The notes: a model not told the origin generated them from the letters alone. A stretch of 62,999 bases of DNA, filler included, from Collodictyon triciliatum (GCA_043381765.1; 7 parts of 7 records of this genome joined end to end with filler, not necessarily neighbours in it); one strand, 5' to 3'; counted from the first letter of the whole stretch, positions 1 through 15,315 are shown. A program made the numbers and translations.

Positions 1-175
1 GAGTGAGTGAGTGAGTGAGTGAGTGAGTGAGAGAGTGAGAGAGTGAGTGAGTGAGTGAGTGAGTGAGTGAGTGAGTGAGTGAGTGAGTGAGTGAGTGAGT
101 GAGTGAGTGAGTGAGTGAGTGAGTGAGTGGGTGAGTGAGTGAGTGGGTGAGTGAGTGGGTGAGTGAGTGAGTGAG
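1..175. repeat. (GAGT)n microsatellite
   Basis: Near-perfect GAGT tandem array, ending a few bases from the stop codon of the minus-strand gene. Confidence 0.95.
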
Positions 176-180
176 GATTT

Positions 181-3100
181 TTAGAGATTAGGTGTTGCAC
201 CATCGGCGAAATTTTTCATCCTTTCTTCTTTTCTAAAATCCTGCCATTTCATCCCAGCATTCGTAACAATAGATGAACTTAAAACCTTTTCGATTATGTA
301 ATGTGCAAAGATATAGATCTTTTCATAGAATGATACAATAAATCCCGGTCCTGCTTTCATCAAGGATATAATAGCTATCATTCCGTTAAGTAAAACTACC
401 ATAACAATAAGAGCAATCTCAATGGAATAAGTCAATTCTACGTATCGGAATAGCAAACTGGCCATCAGTGTAAAATAAAGGACCGAAACAGACCAGATAT
501 GTGATTTTTTCAAAAGCTTCGACATTAATGGCTCAAAATACAATGATGATGCGATACTTAATATCAATATCCAAAGACCAAAGTAAATTTGTAGAGCTGG
601 GGAAAAGAATGAACTGATCAAAACAATTAGTAACTTTTGCATCATAGTCACGATTTCCCAATAATAGCATCGATTTGTATAGCCGTCAACCAAAAATCTT
701 AGCAAATTATAAGTTTTGGATTTGGAGTTAGCCAATGATGCCCTTTTGTAAAACATGTATCCACCAAGAATTAAAGGTCCACCAAAACAGTATAAAATGA
801 CATAAGACAGAGATATGTTTTTCCATGTGAGATAAGTTGTATCGTTGCAACTAATTGACATGTCAGATCTCAAGTAACTTTCATCTCCCAGCTCCTCACA
901 ACTAAATATGCTCGATATTGTTGAAGTGATAGTTGGATGGACAAAAAACAACATAACGAGCGTTGAGTATACAAATTCTTCTTTTAATTTAGAAACAGTA
1001 ATGTCAGCTTTTTTCATTTGATTTGTATACAATTTCCATAGGACTTTAATAAAAATGATGAAACACATTACTAAAACCAAAACGAGTGGCGTTATAATAG
1101 AATAAAACACTTTTTCGTAGATGGATATTTCGAACTGACATTCAGTTGTATAGCTATCTATTGAGAGTGTGAACGAAAACAAGGCCGGAATTTTCATTAT
1201 TGATATTAAATCAGAGCTCCAATTAACGTCCAGGTTGCCCAAATAGGACAAAATCTGAAAATGAGTCGCAAGAGTTTTGAGAATCTGAATACTCTCGGTT
1301 CTTGGTTGCCTCGATTGTTCCACCGTAAAAACAATGAAAGCAAGAGGAAGAATGATGCTTAAAAAGACCAAAAATCCATTCAACCCTTTTGGAGCACATT
1401 TAATACAAAAGAATTGGCCTGTTTTTCCATACCCTTTTTCACAAACGCCACACAAAACTCCTTTGTAACCCTCTGCGCAAGTGTTGTTTCCTCCGGTGCA
1501 AGCATCTTCATTGAGACATTCATAAGCAACATATACTGCATTGGAGCTTGGAGCTTGCCAGTATCCTGGTTGAACATTAAGATGACTGCTTCCATCACAA
1601 ACAAATCCATCAGGGCAGTCTTTGCACTGTCTAGAACTTGATTCTAAATACGTTGAACGAAGACACAAACAGTCACTTATTGTTGTCGACCCTAATATAT
1701 CTCCATTCCAACCACTTCCGCATGATATGCATTCTTTTTGACCTGCTGCAGGGTTGTACGTTCCGGATTTGCATAAAAAACATGAACTTTGGCCATTCAA
1801 TGGATTATAAGAGCCAGCTGTGCATAAAAGACAAGATTCTTGACCAGGTGATGGGTTGTATGTTCCCGCTGGACATGAAAGACAAGAACTAGAGTTTGTA
1901 GACCCAGTTGATGGGTTGTAATTTCCAGATGCGCATAAAATACAAGAACTAGGGCTTGTAGAGCCAGTCGACGGATTGTAAGTTCCAGCTGCGCATGGGA
2001 GACAAGTGCTGGAGTTTGAAGAACCACCTGATGGATTATAAGTCCCAGCTGCACATGAGATGCAAGCATCAGAGCTCGTAGAGCCAGTCGACGGATTGTA
2101 TGTTCCAGCTGTGCATGGGAGACAAGCACTTGAGCTCGTAGAGCCAGTCGACGGATTGTATGTTCCAGCTGCGCATGAGAGACAAGCGCTGGAGTTTGTA
2201 GAGCCAGTCGACGGATTGTATGTCCCAGCTGCGCATGAGAGACAAGAATCAGAGCTCGTAGAGCCAGTCGACGGATTGTATGTTCCAGCTGTACATGATA
2301 TACAAGAACTTGAGTTTGAAGACCCAGTTAATGGGTTGTAACTTCCAGCTGCGCATGAGAGACAAGCACTAGAGCTCGTAGAGCCAGTCGACGGGTTGTA
2401 TGTTCCAGCTGCACATGAAACACAAGCATTTGAGCTCGTAGAGCCAGTCGACGGGTTGTATGTTCCAGCTGCGCATGAGAGACAAGAATCAGAGCTCGTA
2501 GAGCCAGTCGATGGATTGAATGTTCCAGGTGCGCATGAGATACAATCACTTGAGCTCGTAGAGCCAGTCGACGGATTATATGTTCCAGCTGCACATGAGA
2601 GACAAGCACTTGAGCTCGTAGAGCCAGTAGACGGATTGTATGTTCCAGCTGTGCATGAGATACAAGCGCTGGAATCTGTAGAGCCAGTTGATGGGTTGTA
2701 TGTTCCAGCTGCGCATGAGAGACAAGCGCTGGAGTTTGTAGAGCCAGTCGACGGATTGTATGTTCCAGCTGCGCATGAGAGACAAGCGCTGGAGTTTGTA
2801 GAGCCAGTCAATATATTGTATGTTCCAGCTGCGCATGAGATACAAGAATCAGAGCTCGTAGAGCCAGTTGATGGGTTGTATGTTCCAGCTGAGCATGGGA
2901 TACAAGAATCAGAGTTCGTAGAGCCAGTTGATGGGTTGTATGTTCCAGCTGCGCATCGGAGGCAATTGCTAGAGTTTGTAGAGCCACTTGACGGATTATA
3001 TGTTCCAGCTGCGCATGAGAGACAAGCACTTGAGCTCGTAGAGCCAGTTGATGGGTTGTATGTTCCAGCTGCACATGGGAGACAAGCGCTGGAGTTTGTA

Positions 3101-6100
3101 GAGCCTACTGATGGGTTGTATGTTCCAGCTGCGCATGAGAGACAAGCACTTGAGCTCTCAGAGCCAGTCGACGGATTGTATGTTCCAGCTACGCATGGGA
3201 TACAAGAATCAGAGCTCGTAGAGCCAGTCGACGGATTGTATGTTCCAGTTGCACATGAGAGACAATCGCTTGAGCTCGTAGAGCCAATTAATGGGTTGTA
3301 TTTTCCAGCTGCGCATGAGAGACAAGCGCTAGAGTTTGTAGAGCCATTCATTGGGTTGTATGTTCCAGCTGCGCATGAGAGACAAGCATCAGAGCTCGTA
3401 GAGCCAGTCGACGGATTGTATGTTCCAGCTGCACATGAGATACAAGAATCAGAGCTCGTAGAGCCAGTTGATGGGTTGTATGTTCCAGCTGCACATGAGA
3501 GACAAGCACTTGAGCTCGTAGAGCCAGTTGATGGGTTGTATGTTCCAGCTACGCATGAGATACAAGCATTAGAGTTTGTAGAGCCAGTTGATGGGTTGTA
3601 TGTTCCAGCTGCGCATGAGAGACAAGCGCTGGAGTTTGTAGAGCCAGTCAACGGATTGTATGTTCCAGCTGAGCATGAGATACAAGAATCAGAGCTCGTA
3701 GAGCCAGTTAATGGGTTGTATGTTCCAGCCGCACATGATATACAAGAACTTGAGTTTGTAGACCCAGTTATTGGGTTGTATGTTCCAGCTGAGCATGAGA
3801 TACAAGAATCAGAGCTCGTAGAGCCAGTTGATGGGTTGTATGTTCCAGCTGCGCATGAGAGACAAGCACTTGAGCTCGTAGAGCCAGTTGATGGGTTGTA
3901 TGTTCCAGCTGCGCATGAGATACAAGCACTGGAGTTTGTAGAGCCTATTGATGGGTTGTATGTTCCAGCTGAGCATAGGATACAATCGCTGGAGTTTGTA
4001 GAGCCAGTAGATGGATTGTATGTTCCAGCTGAGCATAGGATACAAGCGCTGGAGTTTGTAGAGCCAGTAGATGGATTGAATGTTCCAGCTGAGCATAGGA
4101 TACAAGCGCTGGAGTTTGTAGAGCCAGTAGATGGATTGTATGTTCCAGCTGAGCATGGAGTACAATCGCTGGAGTTTATAGAGCCAGTTAATGGGTTGTA
4201 TGTTCCAGCTGAGCATGGAGTACAAGAACTTGAGTTTGTAGACCCAGTTGATGGGTTGTATGTTCCAGCTGCACATGAGATACAAGCGCTGGAGTTTGTA
4301 GAGCCAGTCGACGGATTGAATGTTCCAGCTGAGCATAGGATACAATCGCTGGAGTTTGTAGAGCCAGTAGATGGATTGTATGTTCCAGCTGAGCATGGAG
4401 TACAAGAATCAGAGCCCGTAGAGCCAGTTGATGGGTTGTATGTTCCAGCTGCGCATGAGATACAAGCATTAGAGTTTGTAGAGCCAGTTGATGGGTTGTA
4501 TGTTCCAGCTGCACATGAGATACAAGAACTTGAGCTCGTAGAGCCAGTTGATGGGTTGTATGTTCCAGCTGAGCATGAGATACAAGAATCAGAGCTCGTA
4601 GAGCCAGTTGATGGGTTGTATGTTCCAGCTGCGCATGAGAGACAAGCACTTGAGCTCGTAGAGCCAGTTGATGGGTTGTATGTTCCAGCTGCGCATGAGA
4701 GACAAGCACTTGAGCTCGTAGAGCCAGTTGATGGGTTGTATGTTCCAGCTGCGCATGAGATACAAGAACTTGAGTTTGTAGACCCAGTTGATGGGTTGTA
4801 TGTTCCAGCTGAGCATGGAGTACAAGAATCAGAGCTCGTAGAGCCATTTGATGGGTTGTACGTTCCTGAGGGGCATAATGAGCAAGAATCATAGCTCGTA
4901 GAGCCAGTTGATGGATTGTATGTTCCAGCTGCGCATGAAATACACGCACTGGAGCTTGTTGAGCCGATGGATGGGTTATATGTTCCAGCTGCGCATGATG
5001 TGCAACTTGCTTGTCCAGTTAATTGATTGTATGTTCCAGCTGCGCATGAGAGACAAGCGCTGGAGTTTGTAGAGCCAGTAGACGGATTGTATGTTCCAGC
5101 TGCACATGAGATACAAGCGCTGGAGTTTGTAGAGCCAGTAGACGGATTGTATGTTCCAGCTGCACATGAGATACAAGCGCTGGAGTTTGTAGAGCCAGTC
5201 GATGGATTGAATGTTCCAGCTGAGCATAGGATACAAGCGCTGGAGTTTGTAGAGCCAGTCGAAGGGTTGTATGTTCCAGCTGGGCATAGATTGCAATATC
5301 CACTTCCAATGCTACTATAGGTCCCAGGCGGGCATAATTGACAAGACTTCAAAATTGAATCATAAAAAAAACCAGCACGGCAAAATCCCAGAATTTTTAC
5401 TTCCCCATTGTAGTAATCACCACTTCCAGAAACGATTTTTGAGCCATCAGGAGTAACAGCAACACTAATAACCCAATTAGTATGACCAGCCAATGTGTCA
5501 ATCAAAGCTCCATCAGAAAGATTCCAAATTATGATTAAACTATCCCACCCTCCAGAAACAATTTTTGAGCCATCAGGAGTAACAGTAGCACTGCGAACAA
5601 TCGAAGTATGACCAGTCAGTGTGCGAATTAAAGCTCCATCAGAAAGGTTCCAAATCTTGATTGTATAATCACCACTTGCAGAAACAATTTTTGAACCATC
5701 AGGAGTAACAGCGACACTGTTAACACCACCAGTATGACCAGTCAGTGTGCGAATCAAAGCTCCATCAGAAATATTCCAAATCTTGATCGCCATATCACCA
5801 CTTCCATAATACTCAGCACTTCCAGAAACAATTTTTGAACAATCAGGAGTGACAGTTACGCTCATAACAAAGATTGTATGACCAGTTAGTACACGAATCA
5901 AAGAGCCATCAGATAGATTCCAAATTTTAATTGTATTATCATCACTATATAACCCACCACTTCCAGAAACAATTCTTGAATCGTCAGGAGCAACAGCAAC
6001 ACTGTTGACACAACCAGCACCATTCAATGTACGAATCAAGGCTCCATCGGTAATATTCCATACTTTAATTGTGCTATCACTACTTCCGGAAACAACTTTT

Positions 6101-6457
6101 GAGCCATCAGGAGCAACAGCCACACTATTAACGCTACTAGTATGACCAGTCAATGTATGAATTAAAAATCCATCAGAAAGATTCCAAATTTTAACCACTC
6201 TATCAGCACCTCCAGAAGCAATTTTCGAGCCGTCAGGAGTTACAGTAACACTGTACACACAACTAGTATGGCCAGTTAATGTGCGGATCAAGTATTCCTC
6301 CTGTCCGTTAACTTGAAACAACAAGAAGAATATATATCCTAAAATTTTATCTTTATTGAAAATGTAATTTTTGTCAATGGAATAAAAAAAATAAGATTTT
6401 CAGAATTAACTCACCAGAGAGTAAAAAAGTTATGGAATACTTTGAATTCGATTTCAT
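181..6457 (-). CDS. Large surface/receptor-like protein: signal peptide, 7 WD40 repeats, ~58-60 Cys-rich 20-aa repeats (GCC2/GCC3 / ephrin-receptor-like type), Cys-rich juxtamembrane domain, multi-pass TM domain
   Basis: 2047-aa ORF (181..6324) plus an upstream exon 6457..6415 (ATG...TCT G|GTGAGT; intron 6414..6339 ending TTTTAG). Splicing gives MKSNSKYSITFLLSGYIFFLLFQVNG-QEEY, a hydrophobic signal peptide. WD40 units read LIRTLTGHT..V.SV.VTPDGSKIVSGS.D..IKIW. Repeat consensus is CAAGTYNPSTGSTNSSACIS. The C-terminus has CxEGYxGxLCxxC and many hydrophobic helices. Confidence 0.9.
1700..5340 (-). repeat. Coding tandem repeat, 60-bp unit (20 aa), ~58-60 copies
   Basis: Successive 60-nt lines are almost identical (tgttccagct gcgcatgaga...gagccagttg atgggttgta). 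One shortened 51-bp unit near 4980-5030 shifts the register. Confidence 0.97.
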
Positions 6458-9219
6458 TCTACTGAAAGTCTGATCTATACAGAGGTAAAGAGAATGTTAT
6501 AATTAACTTAATTCATCATATTTTTTCTAATTTATTGATATCTTAAAAAAGTCTATTTTTATCACAACCTATTCGACTATAGGCCAAAAAATGATAAATC
6601 AAAAAAGCTCAACAAGGATAGGAAAACAATCAAGGATATAATACCATATCAAATTTATAAAATTCAAATTATTACATCTGGAATCATGATATTCGATTAC
6701 TATATAATAAATATGTATAAATCTTGAACACCAAATTTTCCATCAACTCAGTTATACATATCGAAATTCATATCTATTAAATAAAAGTTCACGAACACTA
6801 TGATACATACATATTTTTTCTTCAAAAATTGATTTCTTATTCGATTATTTTCAACTGCAATAGCATTTGTATGAAATTGATCAATATAGGATCATACATT
6901 ATCGAGTTTTTAATGAGATTGAAATGCTTTGAGCTTATTAATATTAAAATTTTAAAGAATCGTTTAATTAAAAATAATATCACTTAATCATTTATTAAGA
7001 TTTAAATAGATCAAAATATGAATATGAATTTTAACATGTTAAGTGGAATATTAAGTGATAATTAAAATTTTGGTTGTTATGAATCGAATAAAATGAAAAT
7101 TGGAAAATATTGTGGGTTGGATTTGACGGGAATAGAACCTTTTCATTTTATGGTAAGATTTAATATTAGTAATTCTTATATTGGCGCTATTAATAGAACA
7201 AAATATTAGGATTGAGGAGGGCGGATGGGCATGAGGTCATTTGCCTTCGGAGAGAAATTTGGCCTCAAATCTAATCCAAGCCCGAGTCCCTGGTATTTGC
7301 AGCTTTTAATAGCTGCAACTATTCTCGATTCTCTCGGGTGCATTGTGGTGACTCATGAATCCTGCCTTTGTGCCCTTATGGCCTACACTCTCAATTGATA
7401 TAATTCACTGATCTCAAACAATGTGTAATAATTCCATCGGACCGTAGAAAAAATCGGAACCCCCCTTCCTTTCCTTGAATTGAATAAAGCAGGAAAATAA
7501 TTCACCCTTAGTCAACAATAAATTATCTTAATAGTCGTAATTATGTATGATTAAAAATTTTATGGGGTCCTTTCAAGGAGACCCTAGAATTCCGCTTAAA
7601 TTTAATCACCCTTCATATTCTTTCTTCTTTCCTTTCGATTCATGCATCATACAATCGTATATGTCCCCTGTAGAGAGTAAATGTGGTAATTTATCATGAT
7701 TACAAATAATCATAGTCCATCGTTTTTTAGAATAAAAAATGTCATAATCGTGTGTATTAAGTCTTGCAAAGTGTATAATACTTGAAACCAGTCAATTAAT
7801 GGATGATTTCTTGTCATAGATATCAATTTGAACGAATAACAATCTTTAGACTATAGGGATTCATCATTGTTTTTCATTTTTTCCAAATTTAAATATATTG
7901 TTGTAACTTTAAAAAAATTGAATATATTATTGGAATTCTGTAATAAGTATCACAGCATTCCTTACGATTATATCAACTTTTTGTAGCTTAAGTTATCTGA
8001 TGTAATCTGTTGAATACTTAATGTATTAGTCAGTAAATTTGATTTTTGAAGTTTAATTAAGTGATTCATTTAAAATAATGATATAGTAAGTATCAAGAAA
8101 GGTAAAAAAAATTACATGATAAATGACCGTGCAGTTTTCATTAACATTTCTTTAGCGATACTAAATATTTGAGTGAACTATATAATGTTTTGATTCATAT
8201 CAATTTTAATTATTAATTGAATCCCATCCTATGCTATGCAATCAAGTTATCAGACTTTGATTCTTCAAATTGAGGCACGCTAATTGTTAGAAAATTTTTT
8301 ACTACCTATCTATTGCCGAATGAACGCCTTCGGTCTTACGGGATGCAGTAATTAAAGATTAATTTTCTTCTTTTTTGGCCACAGCTCAACCATTTCCTTA
8401 ACCCTTTATACAATATTAGTTTTGATGTATTGGTTTATTGACACATACATAAGAAAAGGTAAGTATCTATATGTAGCTTGATATGTTCCGTGGAAATATA
8501 ATTAAACAATTATGTTAAAAGTCATTCACTGGGGTTTGACTATTAGCCCTTACTCATCTACATTCCCTCAGACAGCAGACAATTTGGAGCTTTGTGAGTA
8601 ATCCTGTAAATTATCTTCCAGGCATGTTGTTTTGATACTTGGGTCACAAAATATAAAAATAATTAAAATATAAATGATAAAATACCACGTGTTGTTATAT
8701 TATGAGTGTAGGCATGAATTATTTTTCACCAACATTATAAAAATATCATGTAAAATGCTGATTCCAGAACCGAAAAGAATACAGATCAAATTAGGTACCC
8801 TGAAAGAAAAGACTTCATAGCTAGTAGACATGCTTATAGTCTACGTCTGTAGAATATCCATTGAAGTAGGTGTGATGTGAGCAAGAGAGCAACCAAAGAC
8901 CCTATGCCGTGACGCTCCATGGTTTGCGTCTAAATCTAAATCATACGGGATAAGAATCCACTTTAAAATATTAATGAAAATATAATGACAAATCAGATAT
9001 GGCTTCCGATGTAGAAAAGAATATTAAAAAAGACATGGGAAGAGCGAAAGTTCAGATAATGTGAATATGCGGCCAACAGTGCTCTGCAACGGGAGGATTG
9101 TATGACTTGGAAACCCCCAGCCCCCGTTGGCTAGCGAATAATTGTAAAAATAAGGTATTGTTAACCACCTTTACAGGACATTATTATATAATTGTTCAAT
9201 TAAAATTTTTTCTAAAAAC

Positions 9220-9341
9220 CTTAGCTGTTGAGCCCGTCTCAACAATCTTTCATTCAGCCATCAGGCAAGTAGTTCCAAAGTAGGTGGTGATGTGTGGGAG
9301 ATAGAAAAGAAAAACAGGGATAAAGATAAAAGAAAAAAGGG
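9220..9341 (+). repeat. ~122-bp interspersed repeat at end of contig 1 (copy A)
   Basis: Reverse complement of 9459-9580 with about 4 mismatches. Contains a small hairpin TGTTGAG-CCCGT-CTCAACA. Confidence 0.9.
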
Positions 9342-9358
9342 AAAAGAGAGGTCCTTGA

Positions 9359-9458
9359 NNNNNNNNNNNNNNNNNNNNNNNNNNNNNNNNNNNNNNNNNN
9401 NNTTAATTAATTAANNNNNNNNNNNNNNNNNNNNNNNNNNNNNNNNNNNNNNNNNNNN
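9359..9458. other. Artificial contig linker (44N + TTAATTAATTAA + 44N)
   Basis: Six-frame stop linker. The same structure recurs at 18789, 28284, 37733, 47178 and 56624. Confidence 0.97.
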
Positions 9459-9580
9459 CCCTTTTTTCTTTTATCTTTATCCCTGTTTTTCTTTTCTATC
9501 TCCCACACATCCCCACCTACTTTGGAACTACTTGCCTGATGGTTGAATGAAAGATTGTTGAGACGGGCTCGGCAGCTAAG
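9459..9580 (-). repeat. ~122-bp interspersed repeat at start of contig 2 (copy B)
   Basis: Reverse complement of 9220-9341. Confidence 0.9.
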
Positions 9581-9772
9581 AAATTCAGAATAAAAAAAAA
9601 CCCAGAGAAGCTCGTCTTCTTTTCTTTTTATCAGCATTTTCATCAGGGTCTAGCCACCTTTATTCCTATTCATACTTAAATACTAGGGACAAAAGAAAAA
9701 ATAAGTTAAGAAAAGAAAGAAAGAGAAAAAAAAGAAAAAAAAAAAAAGAGACAGACAGAAGAGAAGGCGGGG

Positions 9773-11278
9773 ATGGAACCGACGCGTTATGATCCCGCCC
9801 AGGACTTTTACGAGCTACTTGGAGTTGACCCAAAAGCTGACTCGGCCGAAGTTGGACGGTCCTTCCGACGCAAGGCTGTTCATCTTCACCCAGACAAGAC
9901 CGACGATCCCTCGGCTCATCGTTTGTTTATCCAGCTTTCCAATGCCTATGAGTGTCTAAGAGACGCAGAGTCCCGTCTAGTCTATGATGCAGCTCGTCTA
10001 CAATACTCGCAGAGGCCTTATTTCCCGTCGCTCGCCCGCCCAGCTTCTAAAGGACAAGCACAAGCACAAGCACAAAGTCAAAACCAAAGCCCAGCTCATT
10101 TCAAGCCTACCGGGACGACTTCGGCACAAGGCAAACAAGACGATCCGTTCTCTGTCGACAACTTGCGACTGCTCTTTCCAAACCCTCGTGCAGCTAACTT
10201 CTCTGACCCCAACTTTCAGTCCGAGTTGAATCGGTGTCGCAGATTATGGGCGCAGATGGAGGCTGAGAGAGATGCAAAGCAGAGGGAGTCATGGACCATG
10301 CTCCCTAACATGCGCCAGCCTGCAACTTCAGCATATTTGTCTGGTGGTTCTAAGTATGATGATTTGGGTGATTTCGAAAGATGATTAAAATAAACATAAG
10401 AATACAGAAAAGAAACGTTTAATATATAGCACGCTTTATTTTTATCGTATCGTACCATATCATATCATTTTATATCGTATCATATCTATCGCATAAACCT
10501 CTGCATTGTGCTGCAATAATGAAGAAAGACAAGTTATGGGGAAATGCTCAAAGAATACACCACTACTTCGTAGTTATTGATTTAATTTGTAGAATGTTAG
10601 CCACAGTATCATCAAGACCAGGCGATTCGAATATTCTCGACTCCTTGTCTGCTGGAGAGGCACAGAAACTGAGGATGGGCACGCTGTTTCGCATACCAAC
10701 TAAATCCAAAACAAAATCCGAATCTTACAGTGTATGGTGCAGTCATGACATGACAAAATTACAATGGAGAAAGAGCGGCGCAAAGGTAAGAGAAGAAACT
10801 CGTAGTATGACAGCACTACACTATTTTACTTATATGTGCTATTGAAGCATCATTTGGTTATATTTTCGGATGGTGATGGGATATTCTTAATTTTGTGCCT
10901 ACCAATTTTTTTATGGCATGGTTTGTAGAAGCTTGATTTGATTATGATGATTTTACGACAACCGAGATGATGATGGCGGGGTGATCTTTGAGTGAAGATA
11001 GAAGCTATTTACAACTGAAAAATGGAAAAATAATCTAAAACTTGATGTATTTTCTTCACTATGATACGCTACGACAGGACATCAAACCGGAAGGAGGATT
11101 GCTGATACCATCCGACTTTCTCCGCATTATGAGGAGAAAAGGACATCCGTTGTCTATACTAATTGACACACCAAACGGACGTATTGAGCTGGAAGCTTTG
11201 GACCCCGAAACAAGAGAGGCTTGGCACCATCTCCTACGGATTGTCGTCTTTGGTGTGAATGCATCGACACACTTTTGA
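9773..11278 (+). CDS. DnaJ (J-domain) protein with C-terminal PH-like domain, 3 exons
   Basis: J-domain DFYELLGV...HPDK...LSNAYECL. In-frame splicing of 9773..10353, 10593..10785 and 11078..11278 (AA|gtatga...tgtag|A; AAG|gtaaga...acag|GAC). The C-terminal part ends IELEALDPETREAWHHLL, a PH-like final helix with Trp. Confidence 0.8.
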
Positions 11279-11300
11279 TGCATATGTACACTTTCTGCCG

Positions 11301-11364
<64 letters not shown>

Positions 11365-11390
11365 TCATCATCATCATCATCACAATCATC
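11301..11390. repeat. (CAA)n(CAT)n microsatellite
   Basis: Directly visible. Confidence 0.95.
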
Positions 11391-11496
11391 ATGGAAGAAC
11401 CATCCGCTCTCAACCTACATTTCGTGTCATTTGGGTGGATAAATACCACTTGAATTGCTTGTTGTTGTCTTTCTTCTTGCAGAGCCGAGTATCGCC

Positions 11497-11633
11497 TTTT
11501 TTTTTCCCCTTTTTTTCCCTTTTTTCCCCTTTTTTTTCCTTTCTTTTCCTTTCTTTTCCTTTCTTTTCCTTTCTTTTCCTTTCTTTTCCTTTCTTTTCCT
11601 TTCTTTTCCTTTCTTTTCCTTTCTTTTCCTTTT
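11497..11633. repeat. (CCTTTCTTTT)n pyrimidine repeat
   Basis: Directly visible. Confidence 0.9.
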
Positions 11634-12210
11634 CTCGTAAAAATGACTGTTTTGCAGGCTATAAACGAGTGCTAGTGAAGATGCATATTTCATGCCCCAT
11701 ACTCTTCATTTAAGGAGCGCATGGGTGTTCTGATGCTGCCATCTCCCTAAGGCCCATCGCTCAAGGGACCGGATTTCATCAGCATCCAGCCCTTTGTTCT
11801 CCTCCGATGTCCTCACAGCCCTCTTGGGAGAAAAAAAGAAGCGGCGGAAGGCAACGCATGTCTTGTCCTTGGACGAATCCCTCTTCGTTTGGGTATCTTT
11901 CGCTGTTTCTCGTCGTTTTTGTGAGCATTGAGCTTAAGCCCCATATTATAACTACTCTTTTCTTTTTCCTTTTCTTTTTCTTTTTCTTTTTCTTTTTCTT
12001 TTTTTATTTTTCTTTTTATTTTTATTTTTATTGTTATTATTGTTATTCTCTGTCTCTATCTCTCTTTCATATTTGTATGAAACACCTACACGAAAGACGC
12101 GCGGCTCTGTCGGAGAAAAAAAAAACAAAGAAAAAAAAAAACTAAAGTAAACGGCACCAGGAATCGACTGAGGCTTTTTTTTTTTCTCACGCCCGATCAA
12201 AACCAGAGAT

Positions 12211-15315
<3,105 letters not shown>

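Noticed and set aside
2396-4894. 832-aa plus-strand ORF (VPAAHERQALE... repeats) and other overlapping ORFs in the array
   Set aside because: Antisense or alternate-frame shadows of the 60-bp coding repeat. A stop-free unit stays open when multiplied.
1860-5290. Regular 60-bp periodicity resembling a CRISPR array
   Set aside because: No unique spacers, the whole unit is repeated and in frame within a protein, the context is eukaryotic and no cas genes are present.
8770-9135. Possible decayed retroelement endonuclease tail (IRYPE.../SIEVGV) and a CAACGGG/CCCGTTG hairpin before CTAG (Helitron-like end)
   Set aside because: Motifs are too short and broken by stops to support a call by eye.
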